From: Bacteroidales bacterium
Lineage (GTDB): Bacteria; Bacteroidota; Bacteroidia; Bacteroidales; F082
Reading direction: 5' to 3'
NCBI GenBank assembly: GCA_041554435.1
Contig: JBFFLX010000001.1
Location: 377 to 64,376 of the forward strand
Length of the DNA stretch: 64,000 nt
Below, piece after piece: positions 38,726-48,762 of the stretch; position 1 is the first letter of the stretch; each line of letters opens with the position of its first letter. A program made the translations under genes and the position numbers. Below the pieces are notes generated by a model, which worked only from the letters and a program-made list of their open reading frames with translations, made no database searches and was not told the origin of the DNA.

Positions 38726-39571
38726 ATGGCTTATAATTTATTAAAAGGAAAAAAAGGAATTATATTCGGTGCCCTCGACAGCAAATCAATTGCCTGGAAG
38801 GTGGCTGAAAAAGCCCATGAAGAAGGTGCAATATTTACATTGAGTAATACACCAACCGCATTACGTTTCGGGCAAATTGACGAATTAGCAGAAAAAACCG
38901 GTGCCACCGTTATTGCTGCTGATGCAACCAGCGTAAAAGATTTACAGGAAGTAATGGAAAAGTCGATGGAAGTTTTAGGGGGTAAGGTTGACTTTATTCT
39001 GCACTCCATAGGTATGTCATTAAACGTTAGAAAAAAGCGTGTTTATAACGATCTGGATTATAATTATTTAAATAAAACACTTGATATATCTGCGATTTCA
39101 TTCCATAAGGTTTTGCAAATTGCCTTTAAATTAGACGCCATAAACGATTGGGGGTCGGTTGTTGCTCTTTCATATATAGCTGCTCAACGAACTCTCTATG
39201 GCTATAACGATATGGCAGATGCCAAATCATTGCTGGAATCTATTGCACGAAGCTTCGGGTATATTTACGGCCGTGAAAGAAAGATAAGAGTAAATACAAT
39301 TTCACAATCACCCACACGTACAACTGCCGGAGAAGGAGTTAAAGGTATCGACGGACTACTGGATTTTACCAATAGAATGTCTCCTTTGGGAAATGCAGAT
39401 GCGGAAGAATGTGCTGATTATTGTATTACTTTGTTCTCCGATCTCACAAGAAAAGTAACCATGCAAAACCTGTTTCACGATGGGGGTTTTTCAAACATGG
39501 GTATGAGTTTAAAAGCCATGACAATGTATAATAAAAGCCTTGAAGGAATGGATCCTGAGGATATTTTATAA
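38726..39571 (+). CDS. fabI: Enoyl-[ACP] reductase (NADH), FabI type
   Basis: LKGKKGIIFGALDSKSIAW, SYIAAQR...Y...MADAKSLLES (Tyr/Lys pair) and NTISQSP. Confidence 0.9.
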   Translation: MAYNLLKGKKGIIFGALDSKSIAWKVAEKAHEEGAIFTLSNTPTALRFGQIDELAEKTGATVIAADATSVKDLQEVMEKSMEVLGGKVDFILHSIGMSLNVRKKRVYNDLDYNYLNKTLDISAISFHKVLQIAFKLDAINDWGSVVALSYIAAQRTLYGYNDMADAKSLLESIARSFGYIYGRERKIRVNTISQSPTRTTAGEGVKGIDGLLDFTNRMSPLGNADAEECADYCITLFSDLTRKVTMQNLFHDGGFSNMGMSLKAMTMYNKSLEGMDPEDIL

Positions 39572-39791
39572 TATGTTTTTTCATTCAATACTTATATAGA
39601 ATTATTAAAAACCTTAAAACTTTTTGTGTTTAGGGATATTTTTTATATTCTTGTAATGTTTATAAAGAATGAGAAAAATCATTATGGTTCAAAATTTCAT
39701 TTCAAAAACTAATTACTTCTCTATTCCGGGAATTAAAAATACTATCTCTTTACCACACTTCAACTGTTTAATGGATTATGGCGGAATCCGG

Positions 39792-39813
39792 CTTGATTAA
39801 TTAATTAATCAAG
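39792..39813. repeat. Perfect 22-bp palindrome cttgattaattaattaatcaag in the fabI-symporter intergenic region
   Basis: Verified by hand as its own reverse complement. The core ttaattaattaa carries stop codons in all six frames. It is followed by tggattttt. Confidence 0.8.
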
Positions 39814-39889
39814 TGGATTTTTACACTTTACATTCTGGCAAAACCTTGTTTGTCAGGCTTGTACATTTTATTCATTAAAAATATTTGCT

Positions 39890-41335
39890 TTGGAAATTAT
39901 AGATATTATTATTTTTATTCTCTACTTTTTTGTAATGCTTGGTGTTGGTATTTATTTTTATAGGAAGAATACCAATATTGAAGATTATTATGTAGGAGGA
40001 CGTACTCTCGGAAGTTGGCATATTGGACTTTCTGTTGTGGCAACAGATGTAGGAGGTGGGTTCTCAATTGGTTTGGGAGGTTTGGGATTTCTTCTGGGAA
40101 TTGCAGGATCGTGGATGTTGTTTACCGGACTGATAGGTGCCTGGCTTAGCGCTGTTGTATTAATACCAAAAATCACTCATTTATCAGCTAAACATAAGTT
40201 TTTTACCTTCCCACAGATATTCAATCATTTTTATAATAAAAAAGTCGCTCTGGCCGCAGGAATAATTTCTGCTATCGGTTATATAGGATTTACAAGTTCT
40301 CAACTTTTGGCCGGAGCTAAACTGGCATCTGCAACATTTGTGGAAATCGACCTTGAGTTAGCATTGATATTCATGGGGATATTAGTAGTTGTTTATACCG
40401 GGATTGGTGGTATTAAGGCAGTAATTTATACCGATACTGTGCAATGGATAATCCTTATGTCGGGACTGATTTTTATAGGTATACCCATATCATATTTTGC
40501 AATTGGAGGTATCGATACCATTAAAGCTACTTTAGGTCCTGAGTTTCTTTCCATGGGTAATGTATCATGGCAGCAAATTGTTAATTGGAGTGTAACAATA
40601 ATACCAATTTGGTTTGTAGGTATGACATTATACCAAAGAATTTATGCCTCAAAAGGGGTGAAACAAGCAAAAAAAGCCTGGTTTATCGCCGGACTGTTTG
40701 AATGGCCACTAATGGCTTTTATGGGAGTTATATTGGGATTATTTTCAAGAGTGGCTTTCGAAACAGGAATGTTTGCAGAATTAGGTTATACTGTTGAGTC
40801 AGCATTCGATGCAGAAATGGGCTTGCCGGTATTGCTAAATACTGTTTTGCCAACAGGTTTGATGGGATTAATGCTATCAGCTTATTTCTCTGCAATTTTA
40901 TCTACAGCCGATAGTTGTTTAATGGCCGCTTCAGGAAATATGCAGACAGATATTCTGAGTAAATTTTTCAAATTTAATCAGGGTATGAAATCTCAATTGC
41001 GTGTATCACAGATTGTTACAATTGCGATTGGTATTCTCGCCATATTGTTGGCCTCCACAATGACGAATGTATTAGAGTTGATGTTATATTCTTATGCATT
41101 CATGGTGTCAGGGCTTTTTATACCTATATTATTTGCTTTATACGGAAAAAATCCAAACTCAAATGCGGCCTTAGTTGCTATGATAGTGGGTGGAACAACT
41201 ACTGTTATTCTTACTTATTTTGAGTTTAATTTGCCATTTGGCTTGGATGCTAATATTTTCGGAATTTCTGCTTCAGCAATATTCTATATAATGACACTTT
41301 TCTTAATTAAAAAGATGAAACTTGCCAGAATTTAA
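39890..41335 (+). CDS. Sodium:solute symporter (SSF) family transporter
   Basis: About 13 TM helices and SSF-type N-terminus YYVGGRTLGSW. TTG start. Confidence 0.8.
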   Translation: MEIIDIIIFILYFFVMLGVGIYFYRKNTNIEDYYVGGRTLGSWHIGLSVVATDVGGGFSIGLGGLGFLLGIAGSWMLFTGLIGAWLSAVVLIPKITHLSAKHKFFTFPQIFNHFYNKKVALAAGIISAIGYIGFTSSQLLAGAKLASATFVEIDLELALIFMGILVVVYTGIGGIKAVIYTDTVQWIILMSGLIFIGIPISYFAIGGIDTIKATLGPEFLSMGNVSWQQIVNWSVTIIPIWFVGMTLYQRIYASKGVKQAKKAWFIAGLFEWPLMAFMGVILGLFSRVAFETGMFAELGYTVESAFDAEMGLPVLLNTVLPTGLMGLMLSAYFSAILSTADSCLMAASGNMQTDILSKFFKFNQGMKSQLRVSQIVTIAIGILAILLASTMTNVLELMLYSYAFMVSGLFIPILFALYGKNPNSNAALVAMIVGGTTTVILTYFEFNLPFGLDANIFGISASAIFYIMTLFLIKKMKLARI

Positions 41336-41488
41336 TTAATGAAATATATCCTTAAAGTAGAAAAAAATTAGGTTAATTCTGCACATATACTTAATTTTCT
41401 ATTTCTTATTAAACAAAGCAATGATGCGATAATAGCATTAATTTCTTTGCTATATTTGAGGATATTTATTTACTCAATTGAAAAGTAC

Positions 41489-41968
41489 ATGAAAAATCCC
41501 TATACTAAGAAATCATCTGTATTCGCATTACTGCAATTTAAAATGCTCGGATTCCTTTTATTAATTGTTGGTATTCTATATTCTTTTAGTAATATATTAG
41601 TCGGCTTATCGTTCACAATTATAGGTATAAGTCTGGCCTCTTTATCCGATGGAATTCAAATTGATTTTGAAAATAGAATGAGCAGAGATTATATGTCTGT
41701 ACTCTGGTTAAAATTTGGAAAATGGCATAAATTGTCTGAACCCGATTATATAACTGTTTTTATACAGAACTTATCACAGGGGATGAATATGACTTCAATA
41801 ACTTCTAATAATCCTTCTAGTGATTATAGAGTAAGTATAATAGGAAAAGATGATTCTCAAACAGATGCAGGATTATATAAAAAAAAGGATGTTGCCCTGA
41901 AGAATGCTGAAATGCTTGCCGGGAAATTTGGAATTAAATATATAGATAAAACCAATCCTAAAAATTAA
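41489..41968 (+). CDS. Hypothetical membrane protein
   Basis: Two TM helices followed by a soluble tail, with no recognisable family. I prefer the ATG at 41489. Confidence 0.4.
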   Translation: MKNPYTKKSSVFALLQFKMLGFLLLIVGILYSFSNILVGLSFTIIGISLASLSDGIQIDFENRMSRDYMSVLWLKFGKWHKLSEPDYITVFIQNLSQGMNMTSITSNNPSSDYRVSIIGKDDSQTDAGLYKKKDVALKNAEMLAGKFGIKYIDKTNPKN

Positions 41969-42011
41969 TTTTAAATTAAATGTATAATAATGCAAGTATA
42001 AAACATTACCT

Positions 42012-42857
42012 ATGAACGAAATAAATGAGATACTAAATTTTGAATTATTTAAACTTGGTGAATACGCTTTCAAAGTTTATACTTCAGGAATTTTTGTATT
42101 AACAATTATTGTGGCTCGTGTATTACTATGGGGAATAAAGAAATTACTCTTTAGGAAAACTAGTGATAATGCAGTTGACCATGGTAGTTTAATGGCTATA
42201 TATCAGATAATTAAATATGTTATTTGGGTTGTTGCCATTGCCTATGTGATGGATGTTATTGGAATTAAAATAACTGTATTAATAGCCGGCTCTGCAGCAT
42301 TATTAGTTGGTGTGGGACTGGGTTTACAACAAACTTTTAACGATATTATTTCGGGTATAATTTTACTCTCTGAGCGTTCTATTAAATATGGTGATGTACT
42401 GGAAATTGATGGAGAAGTTGTTCGAATTGAGCAAATAGGATTGAGAACCAGCCAGGGAATAAACAGGGACAGTATTACTATGATTATTCCAAATTCACTT
42501 ATAACTACCTCCAAAGTTATAAACTGGAGTCATCAGTCATTAAAAACAAGATTCAGAATTGATGTTGGAGTTGCTTACGGCAGTGATGTGGACTTGGTTT
42601 TGAAACTTCTTAAAGAAAGTGCACTTGAACATCAAGATATTAAAGATCGTGAGCAACTTGAAGCCCGGCTGGTAAATTTCGGTAATTCTTCATTAGACTT
42701 TCAGGTTTTATTTTATAGTACCAATGTCTTCCGCATAGAGCGGATAAAAAGTGATATACGAAGAATTATTGACAGGAAATTTAGAGAGAATAATATTACT
42801 ATTCCATTCCCACAAATGGATCTCCATCTTAAATCGGACATCACCAAGAATAAGTAG
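42012..42857 (+). CDS. Mechanosensitive ion channel (MscS family)
   Basis: Three TM helices, pore helix LLVGVGLGLQQTFNDIISGI, and beta-domain GDVLEIDGEVVRIEQIGLRTS. Confidence 0.88.
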   Translation: MNEINEILNFELFKLGEYAFKVYTSGIFVLTIIVARVLLWGIKKLLFRKTSDNAVDHGSLMAIYQIIKYVIWVVAIAYVMDVIGIKITVLIAGSAALLVGVGLGLQQTFNDIISGIILLSERSIKYGDVLEIDGEVVRIEQIGLRTSQGINRDSITMIIPNSLITTSKVINWSHQSLKTRFRIDVGVAYGSDVDLVLKLLKESALEHQDIKDREQLEARLVNFGNSSLDFQVLFYSTNVFRIERIKSDIRRIIDRKFRENNITIPFPQMDLHLKSDITKNK

Positions 42858-42861
42858 TTAT

Positions 42862-45597
42862 TTATTCTATTAAAGCAACTGCCTTTGATGAATCCGAATT
42901 CATATAAATAGAAAGCGAACTCTGTTTAAATTCACTTTTGATTTCTATGAGTTTAACAACGTTTTCAAGATTTTTTCTTTCAGGTACAACTTCATGAAGC
43001 TTATTCTTTGAGTGCAATAAAAAGTTATCATTAAATATATTATCCTTCTCGTCTGGATAAAGTGGAATATACTTTATATCTGCTTCTACCAAATCCTGAA
43101 AGAAATGTGTTCCAAACGAAAGGTCAGGAACATAGTTGTTTTTCTTTCTGGCTATCTCAATTAAGGCTGCTGTATTATTAATTTCGGAATATGTAACATT
43201 AACACCCAGTTTAATATCGCCTCTCGATCCCCATCTTCCGGGTCCCATAAGGATGAATTTTCTCTTTTCCAGAATCTGGTTTAACTGCCCAATAGTTCTT
43301 CCTACTTCCAGCAAATCCTCATGATTTTCTAGTTTGGAATATTCTTCAGGGTCAACGTAAACAATATGAGAGATGTTTTTAATGATACCATTAGTAATAT
43401 ATTTTCGGGCACTGAAAATCACTTTTTCTTTGACAATATTTTCCGGAATATTTACAATTGAAGTGTCATCGCTATGACTTTGTGAACGGCATTGAAGTAA
43501 ATAGAAGTCATTACCATCGTGAGCGAACTCAATATCCACCGGATGACCGTAGATTTCTTCAAGGCTATTTAAAATCTCTTTTGTTTGATTCATGAAATCA
43601 GTTCTTTTAACCAAACCTTCGAAGTTAACTACAAAATCATCCTTATTGAAATCGGTTCCCAAAGGACGTGCAGGTTGAATATAATCCTGTTTTATTACCG
43701 AGATAACCCGGCTAAACATTGGGTATTGTTTGCCGTATCTTTTAAGTAATGAGTCTATTGCGATTGTTTCAAACTCGCCGGTTTCCAAATTTATAAGGTC
43801 GATAAATTTAGGCGAGTATTTTAATATTTCGGCTATGCTAACATTAACTCTCAAATTGGGTTGTCCCGGAGAAAGTAGCACGGGATAATCATCTTTCAGC
43901 CTGTCGACGGCTCGAGTTCCGAGTCCCGGAACTATTCTTACTAAGCCATCTTCTGCCTTAATTCTCTCCGACCATCGATATTGATTTCTGCTGAAAGCAA
44001 GTCCTGCAAAAGCAGGAAAATAATATGGACCTACCTTGGTTCCTACAACCTCTTGTATTAAAATACCCATCTCCTCATGGAAATCCAAAAGATTGTGTGC
44101 AGAGCGATATTCAATGGGGTCGGGACTAAAAGTAGAGGCATAAACCTCTGAAATAGCCTCGCTTAATTGCTTCAGTCTTTCCTCTTTTGTACCCTGATTG
44201 GCAACAAAAAGGCTTTTGTATTTTCCGGCAAAAACTGCTCCAATTCTGTCTTCAAGCAAACTCGAACTTCTCACAATAAGTGGTTTGTCGCCAAAATCTT
44301 CTAGAGCCATTAGCAGACCTTTTACAATGTGCGGTGGCTGTAGCGAATTTTTAAAAACATGAACCACATATGGGTATTCCTGATGTACCTGTTTTATATC
44401 TTTATATTTCTGCTCAAGAATCTCATCAAGACTGTTATAACTCATAAAATTTAACAGTCCGTCGGAAGTAATATACCAGGTTTTAGGAGTTTTTATGTTG
44501 GCAAGAATTTCCTTGGATTTCGATGCCTGATTTAAAATTTTTTCTGCTAAAAATAAACCGGCACTTTTGCCGCCAAGTTTACCGTAACTAATAGTAGGAG
44601 AGATTGTTTTATGAAACAGAGTGCTAAAGTCCTCTATATTAATATGTGATTTTGCAATCTTTATAAACTCAAACTGATCGGTTAATATTCTTCTTATCAG
44701 GGCTATGGAAAAACTTTTCCTTCTTGCTTCGGTGAGTTCCATCATACCCGGAGCCATATGGTGATATCTTTCCACGGCAGAACTTATATCAGATAGTGAA
44801 GACCCCGGATTTTCCAATACCTCAGATAAAAAGCCCGATCTGTCTTCTTTTGTCCATTTTTGTATGTGACTAATAATTTCTTTTTGCTCTATATTTTTGC
44901 TGGCCAGTTCGAAAATATCGTATGACAATTTTATTATATCAGTTCCTTCCTGGTTATGATAGGGCTTATTAACTTCGCCTGAAAAAATTTCTGTGCTTTT
45001 AAACAAAGGGCTAAATTCATAAAGCAGATTATCAGCTTCGCTTACTCCTGACCAGCATAAATAATTTATCATTTTACGGGATAATCTTACCAGTAGTTTA
45101 GGGTCGGTTTGTGCCAGCATATCCAAAACTATTGTCCACTCCGATTTACTGTCGGCCCCCTGATTAGTTTCGAAAACAATTTTAAGTTGTTCGTGAAGTA
45201 GTTGTAAGCCAATCCTTTCTGCTATGCTTTCCATTAACCTTATTTCCTCTTTTAAAAAAGGTCCGAAGAAGGATTCTGGCATTTCTTTTTCATAGAAAAC
45301 ACTAATTGTTCCAACTTTTTCATCCTGCACTTTTATATCAACTTCTAAAACCCATGGAGAAACGTTAAAATTCTTAGAAAGGAATTCGCCTTTTCTGCAC
45401 GCTATCTTAGCATGAGTTATTTCAGGATATTGAAAGCCCGGAGGAATTTTATTTACAATTTCGGTGAAGGATTCGTCACTTAAATTTGTAGTTCTGTTAA
45501 GTATTTCCTGAATGCTATAAATACAGTTAAGTTCTTTTGCTCTTTCCTTTAACTCAGCAATAATCTTTTCTACGGGCTTATCTTTTTTCATGGTCAT
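42862..45597 (-). CDS. PEP/pyruvate-binding (PPDK_N ATP-grasp) domain protein, 911 aa, with an N-terminal sensor-like domain
   Basis: KLGGKSAGL and LIVRSSSLLEDRIGAVFAGKYKS are PPDK_N motifs. The N-terminal KELNCIYSI...YPEIT...FLKEEIRLMESIAERIG domain is seen in sensor proteins. The C-terminus carries GPGRWGS...FGTHFF. Confidence 0.75.
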   Translation of the reverse strand: MTMKKDKPVEKIIAELKERAKELNCIYSIQEILNRTTNLSDESFTEIVNKIPPGFQYPEITHAKIACRKGEFLSKNFNVSPWVLEVDIKVQDEKVGTISVFYEKEMPESFFGPFLKEEIRLMESIAERIGLQLLHEQLKIVFETNQGADSKSEWTIVLDMLAQTDPKLLVRLSRKMINYLCWSGVSEADNLLYEFSPLFKSTEIFSGEVNKPYHNQEGTDIIKLSYDIFELASKNIEQKEIISHIQKWTKEDRSGFLSEVLENPGSSLSDISSAVERYHHMAPGMMELTEARRKSFSIALIRRILTDQFEFIKIAKSHINIEDFSTLFHKTISPTISYGKLGGKSAGLFLAEKILNQASKSKEILANIKTPKTWYITSDGLLNFMSYNSLDEILEQKYKDIKQVHQEYPYVVHVFKNSLQPPHIVKGLLMALEDFGDKPLIVRSSSLLEDRIGAVFAGKYKSLFVANQGTKEERLKQLSEAISEVYASTFSPDPIEYRSAHNLLDFHEEMGILIQEVVGTKVGPYYFPAFAGLAFSRNQYRWSERIKAEDGLVRIVPGLGTRAVDRLKDDYPVLLSPGQPNLRVNVSIAEILKYSPKFIDLINLETGEFETIAIDSLLKRYGKQYPMFSRVISVIKQDYIQPARPLGTDFNKDDFVVNFEGLVKRTDFMNQTKEILNSLEEIYGHPVDIEFAHDGNDFYLLQCRSQSHSDDTSIVNIPENIVKEKVIFSARKYITNGIIKNISHIVYVDPEEYSKLENHEDLLEVGRTIGQLNQILEKRKFILMGPGRWGSRGDIKLGVNVTYSEINNTAALIEIARKKNNYVPDLSFGTHFFQDLVEADIKYIPLYPDEKDNIFNDNFLLHSKNKLHEVVPERKNLENVVKLIEIKSEFKQSSLSIYMNSDSSKAVALIE

Positions 45598-47336
45598 GAT
45601 TTTTGTTTTTCAATAAGTCCGAGTCCTTTATGCCCATCAACTTTTATTCTGATATTGTTTTCCAGTTTCAAATGGACCAGATTTTCAGTTTCAAAAAATG
45701 GCTTTGTTTCTTCCAGCCATTTCCAATCGAAAGGGTAATTTCCCGAGTAGGGGATTGAAAAATAAATCGTTTTAAAGGCGCTCAAATTATGGAAAAAATG
45801 TGAGCCCTGACTAAGTTCCGAATTCATTCCTTCCAAAGGTGCTTCAATGATAACTTTTGCATTAGAAATTTGTCCGAAAGTTACAGGTATTCCTGCCCAT
45901 GGGTCAGATGTTCCCCAACGCCCAAAGCCTATCAACACATATTGTTTTTCTTCCTGTGCAAAATTACTGTTTAAATTATCGATTTCCATTGCAATTTTAG
46001 CAGAAGTTTTAGCGTCTAATTTATTCTTTTTCAGGAATATAATATCGTTAATGGTATTTACATCGCCATTGCCCAGAACATTAGGGGAGGAGCAGAGTAG
46101 ATTTTCTGCATGAAGTTCTTCAGGCTCCACACTTACTTCCTCATCATACATATTCATGGGGCGCAACTGAAGGAAACCGAATTTATGGTTTTTATTAAGT
46201 TCATCGATTTCCAGTGTAAACTCAATTTCAACGGGATTTCCTAGTTCTTCCTGGCATTTTTTTCCAAGTTTTTCACATAAATCTGCTAATTGAACTTCTC
46301 CTAAACGGAGCAAAGGAGCAAAATTTAAAAGTCTTGGCCCTTTTTTTCCTGTTCCCATAACCACTCTGCCGGAAGATGAATCTAGTGTGGATGCTATCTG
46401 CTTTAGAGTTCCATGCTCCTCCGCTGTTTCCAAATCTTTCGATTCCAGGAACTCAGTTTCTTTTAAAGGGTCGTATTTATAATTCCCCGACATATTTACA
46501 GCCCAGAATTTATTCTGAGTGTTTTTCATCATCTCACTAAGATTATAAAATGGAGGATCGGTTTTTGGAAAAGCAGGAGAAAAAAACCAGGTGGGCTCGT
46601 TTTCAACGATAGTTTTTCCTAGTCCCAGGGCCAGATTTACAACACCATGCTCTGGTTTTCCATTTCCAAAAGAGTAAAAATTAAACGACCTTATTACCCC
46701 TGAAACCTGTGGATAAAACAAACTATCTCTCTTCTTTCCTGCAACCTCCTGAATAATGATTGCCATTCTTTCATCTTCAGTTTTATACTTGGTAGCCCTC
46801 ATATAATCGGATGCGTTCTTAAAGAATGTTGACGCATAAACAAATTTTATAGCTTCCACCAGTTTATTAAATCGTGAACTCACATCTGCCTGATTATTAG
46901 GGGTCATCTTAGTTTCGTAAATGCCGGCAAATGGTTCGTTTTTTGCATCTTCCAGCATACTTGACGATCTGATGGCTATAGGTGTTTTGAGTTCCGAAAT
47001 CAATTTTCTTAAATCTCCCAGAATTTCAAAGGGTAGTTCTGCCTTTTGAAATGCATAGGCTTTTCTGTCGTCGGGAAGTTTTGATAAGGCAATTTTGTAG
47101 AGGTTATTTCTCTTCATAAACTGCTCGAAAATTCCGGTTCTTATTACACAAAGAGCAGGTACAGTGATTTCAAATTCACTAAAATTATTTTCGTTTCTAA
47201 AATCTTGTAATATATTTTTTACTCTTAATAGTCCGCTTGCTTTACCGCCTATGGCTCCATCCCCAATAAAGGTAATTTTATTCTCTTTATTGAAAAAAGA
47301 ACTTTCCTTGAAGGCAACTAAATTATTATTTTCCAT
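45594..47336 (-). CDS. PEP/pyruvate-binding (PPDK_N ATP-grasp) domain protein, 580 aa
   Basis: GAIGGKASGL and IAIRSSSMLEDAKNEPFAGIYET motifs. The C-terminus carries GFGRWGT...QGSHFF. A 4-nt ATGA overlap joins it to the downstream paralog. Confidence 0.75.
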   Translation of the reverse strand: MENNNLVAFKESSFFNKENKITFIGDGAIGGKASGLLRVKNILQDFRNENNFSEFEITVPALCVIRTGIFEQFMKRNNLYKIALSKLPDDRKAYAFQKAELPFEILGDLRKLISELKTPIAIRSSSMLEDAKNEPFAGIYETKMTPNNQADVSSRFNKLVEAIKFVYASTFFKNASDYMRATKYKTEDERMAIIIQEVAGKKRDSLFYPQVSGVIRSFNFYSFGNGKPEHGVVNLALGLGKTIVENEPTWFFSPAFPKTDPPFYNLSEMMKNTQNKFWAVNMSGNYKYDPLKETEFLESKDLETAEEHGTLKQIASTLDSSSGRVVMGTGKKGPRLLNFAPLLRLGEVQLADLCEKLGKKCQEELGNPVEIEFTLEIDELNKNHKFGFLQLRPMNMYDEEVSVEPEELHAENLLCSSPNVLGNGDVNTINDIIFLKKNKLDAKTSAKIAMEIDNLNSNFAQEEKQYVLIGFGRWGTSDPWAGIPVTFGQISNAKVIIEAPLEGMNSELSQGSHFFHNLSAFKTIYFSIPYSGNYPFDWKWLEETKPFFETENLVHLKLENNIRIKVDGHKGLGLIEKQKS

Positions 47337-47369
47337 AATATTAATAATTAAAGATTATCAAAAAATACT

Positions 47370-48656
47370 TTATACCCAACCTCTGTCGTGACAGGCTCTT
47401 GCGACTCTGTCAACGGCTATTGCGTAGGCGGCATCTCGTAAATTAAGATCGTTTTCCATGGCAAAATTACTTACAGATATATATGCTGATGTGATTTTTG
47501 TATCCAGTTTGCTCAATACTTCTTCTTTTTCCCAATAATAATTCATATTGCTTTGAACCTGTTCGAAGTAACTACAAATTACCCCTCCCGAATTAGCCAG
47601 AAAATCGGGTATGGTAAAAATACCTCTTTCATCAAGATAAGCTGCAGCCTCGGTACTGGTGGGGCCGTTTGCTGCTTCTGCCACCATCTTTACGTTTTTA
47701 GAGATATTGTGCATATTGTCAGCTGTAATGGAGTTGTCGAGTGCAGCAGGTATTAAAATATCAACATCTTGTTCTAACCACTTTTCTCCTTCCAGTATTT
47801 CATAACCTAAACTAATGGCTCTGTCTTTATTAATTCCGCCGAAAATATCTGCTATTGACTGAAGTTCTTCCAAAATAACCCCATCCTTTTTTCTGTAGGC
47901 AAGTGCTTTTTGTTCCTTTTGATCCCAGGCAGAAACGCAAATTACTTTGCCTCCCATTTGTTGGTATAACTCAATAGCATATTGTGCCACATTACCGAAT
48001 CCCTGTATGCTTGCCGTGGTTTTATCAATTTCGAGGCCTAACTCTTTGAGGGCTTCTCTAACATTTATAATAACTCCATATCCTGTTGCCTCTTTTCTTC
48101 CCAGAGAGCCTCCCATTCCCACTGGTTTGCCGGTTAAAGTCCCCGGAAGTCGCTCACCCTTAATGGTTTCGTATTCGTCGAGCATCCAGAGCATATGTTG
48201 AGCATTGGTCATAATTTCGGGAGAAGGAATGTCCATATTCGGACCTAAGTTAGCCGAAAGATGCCTTACATAAGCGCGGCAAATTCTCTCTTGTTCAAAA
48301 GCGCTCAAATCGTGAGGGTCGCAAATAACACCTCCTTTAGCACCCCCCAAAGGTATGTCAGCAACAGCAGTTTTCCAGGTCATCCACATGGCCAGTGCTC
48401 TGATGGTGTCGGCAGTCTCCTGAGGATGAAATCTTATTCCTCCCTTTGCCGGACCCCTTGCATCATTATGTTGTATGCGATAGGCTTTAAAAACTTTTAC
48501 ACTGCCATCATCCATTTGTATTGGAAACTGAAAGTGAAACTCCTTCATAGGATACCTTAATAAATCGCTGGTGGCTTTGTCCAAATCAAGCATCTCAGCA
48601 GTTTTGTCAAATTGCTTTTGTGCACTGGCAAAGGGATTATATACAGTAGTGGCCAT
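47370..48656 (-). CDS. gdhA: Glutamate dehydrogenase (Glu/Leu/Phe/Val dehydrogenase family)
   Basis: Catalytic region IPLGGAKGGVICDP and Rossmann motif IQGFGNVAQ. 428 aa. Confidence 0.92.
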   Translation of the reverse strand: MATTVYNPFASAQKQFDKTAEMLDLDKATSDLLRYPMKEFHFQFPIQMDDGSVKVFKAYRIQHNDARGPAKGGIRFHPQETADTIRALAMWMTWKTAVADIPLGGAKGGVICDPHDLSAFEQERICRAYVRHLSANLGPNMDIPSPEIMTNAQHMLWMLDEYETIKGERLPGTLTGKPVGMGGSLGRKEATGYGVIINVREALKELGLEIDKTTASIQGFGNVAQYAIELYQQMGGKVICVSAWDQKEQKALAYRKKDGVILEELQSIADIFGGINKDRAISLGYEILEGEKWLEQDVDILIPAALDNSITADNMHNISKNVKMVAEAANGPTSTEAAAYLDERGIFTIPDFLANSGGVICSYFEQVQSNMNYYWEKEEVLSKLDTKITSAYISVSNFAMENDLNLRDAAYAIAVDRVARACHDRGWV

Positions 48657-48762
48657 TTTTTGTCTTATTAATGTTTAAATATACGGAACATCAAAATTAC
48701 GAAAAACTTGGATTGGAATGGCCTTTAATTTAATTATTGTTAAATAATTAACAAATATTGAA

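Noticed and set aside
42855-42864. Convergent MscS and PPDK_N-911 genes with stop codons only 4 bp apart, and the similar 4-nt stop overlap at 11685-11688
   Set aside because: Tight convergent junctions are common in compact genomes. No hairpin or other structure is present, so this is noted only as a sign of gene density.
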